From Candidatus Omnitrophota bacterium (GTDB lineage Bacteria > Omnitrophota > Gorgyraeia > Gygaellales > Profunditerraquicolaceae), in the NCBI GenBank assembly GCA_049517335.1, contig JBEKSD010000006.1, forward strand, positions 1 through 64,000: DNA of 64,000 nucleotides, in the 5' to 3' direction. Positions 63,978 through 64,000 of the stretch are shown piece by piece. Made by a program: the position numbers and the translations under genes. The notes under the pieces are model-generated. The model saw only the letters and a program-made list of their open reading frames with translations. It was not told the origin of the DNA and did no database searches. Position 1 is the stretch's first letter; the number at the start of each line of letters is the position of its first letter.

Positions 63978-64000
63978 ATTTTTTTAAGATTTCCTGTTTG
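63974..64000 (+). CDS. Probable start of the next gene in the cluster (truncated by the window edge)
   Basis: ATGA overlap with the HMGR-like stop, SD-like AAGGA upstream, open to the window end (MNFFKISCL). Confidence 0.4.

Noticed and set aside
1-64000. CRISPR arrays, rRNA, IS elements, introns or inteins in recA and rpoBC
   Set aside because: No spaced repeats or transposase motifs; intergenic gaps are tiny; RecA, RpoB and RpoC are of normal or short length.

Overview
Bacterial chromosomal window, very gene-dense and almost entirely on the + strand. The EF-Tu effector-loop variant, RpoB 'FFGRSQ', the missing uL30 and the gene order suggest a PVC-group organism, probably Candidatus Omnitrophota (inference). 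Order: 3' part of smc; an opposite-strand GAF-GGDEF diguanylate cyclase; a ~17.7 kb run recA-recX-alaS-hisDBHA-lipoprotein-hisFI-trpE-rpsP-yajC-secDF-short mfd-surA-pdxA-rsmA; then tRNA-Thr, rpmG, tRNA-Trp, secE-nusG-rplKAJL-rpoBC-str-S10-spc-alpha, running straight into aspC-leuC-like-pilT-leuD-like-icd-mdh-lpdA-lipB-lipoyl domain and a strong terminator. The last 4.7 kb is a lipid or secondary-metabolite locus: HTH, acyl-ACP-reductase-like protein, fabG pseudogene, fabF, ACP and a divergent HMG-CoA-reductase-fold enzyme. It becomes AT-rich from fabF onward and runs off the window. The best candidate for an undescribed system is this KAS-ACP-'HMGR' module: the reductase keeps the hydride-transfer residues but has lost the HMG-binding residues and the catalytic His. 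Other oddities: an SMC whose hinge is reduced to ~60 aa, a 631-aa Mfd, aspC with no canonical start codon, a tRNA-Trp with C9, pilT splitting a two-subunit aconitase-family pair, and a free lipoyl-domain/LipB/E3 module. No CRISPR array, rRNA or transposase was seen. All alignments were done by eye from remembered family motifs.
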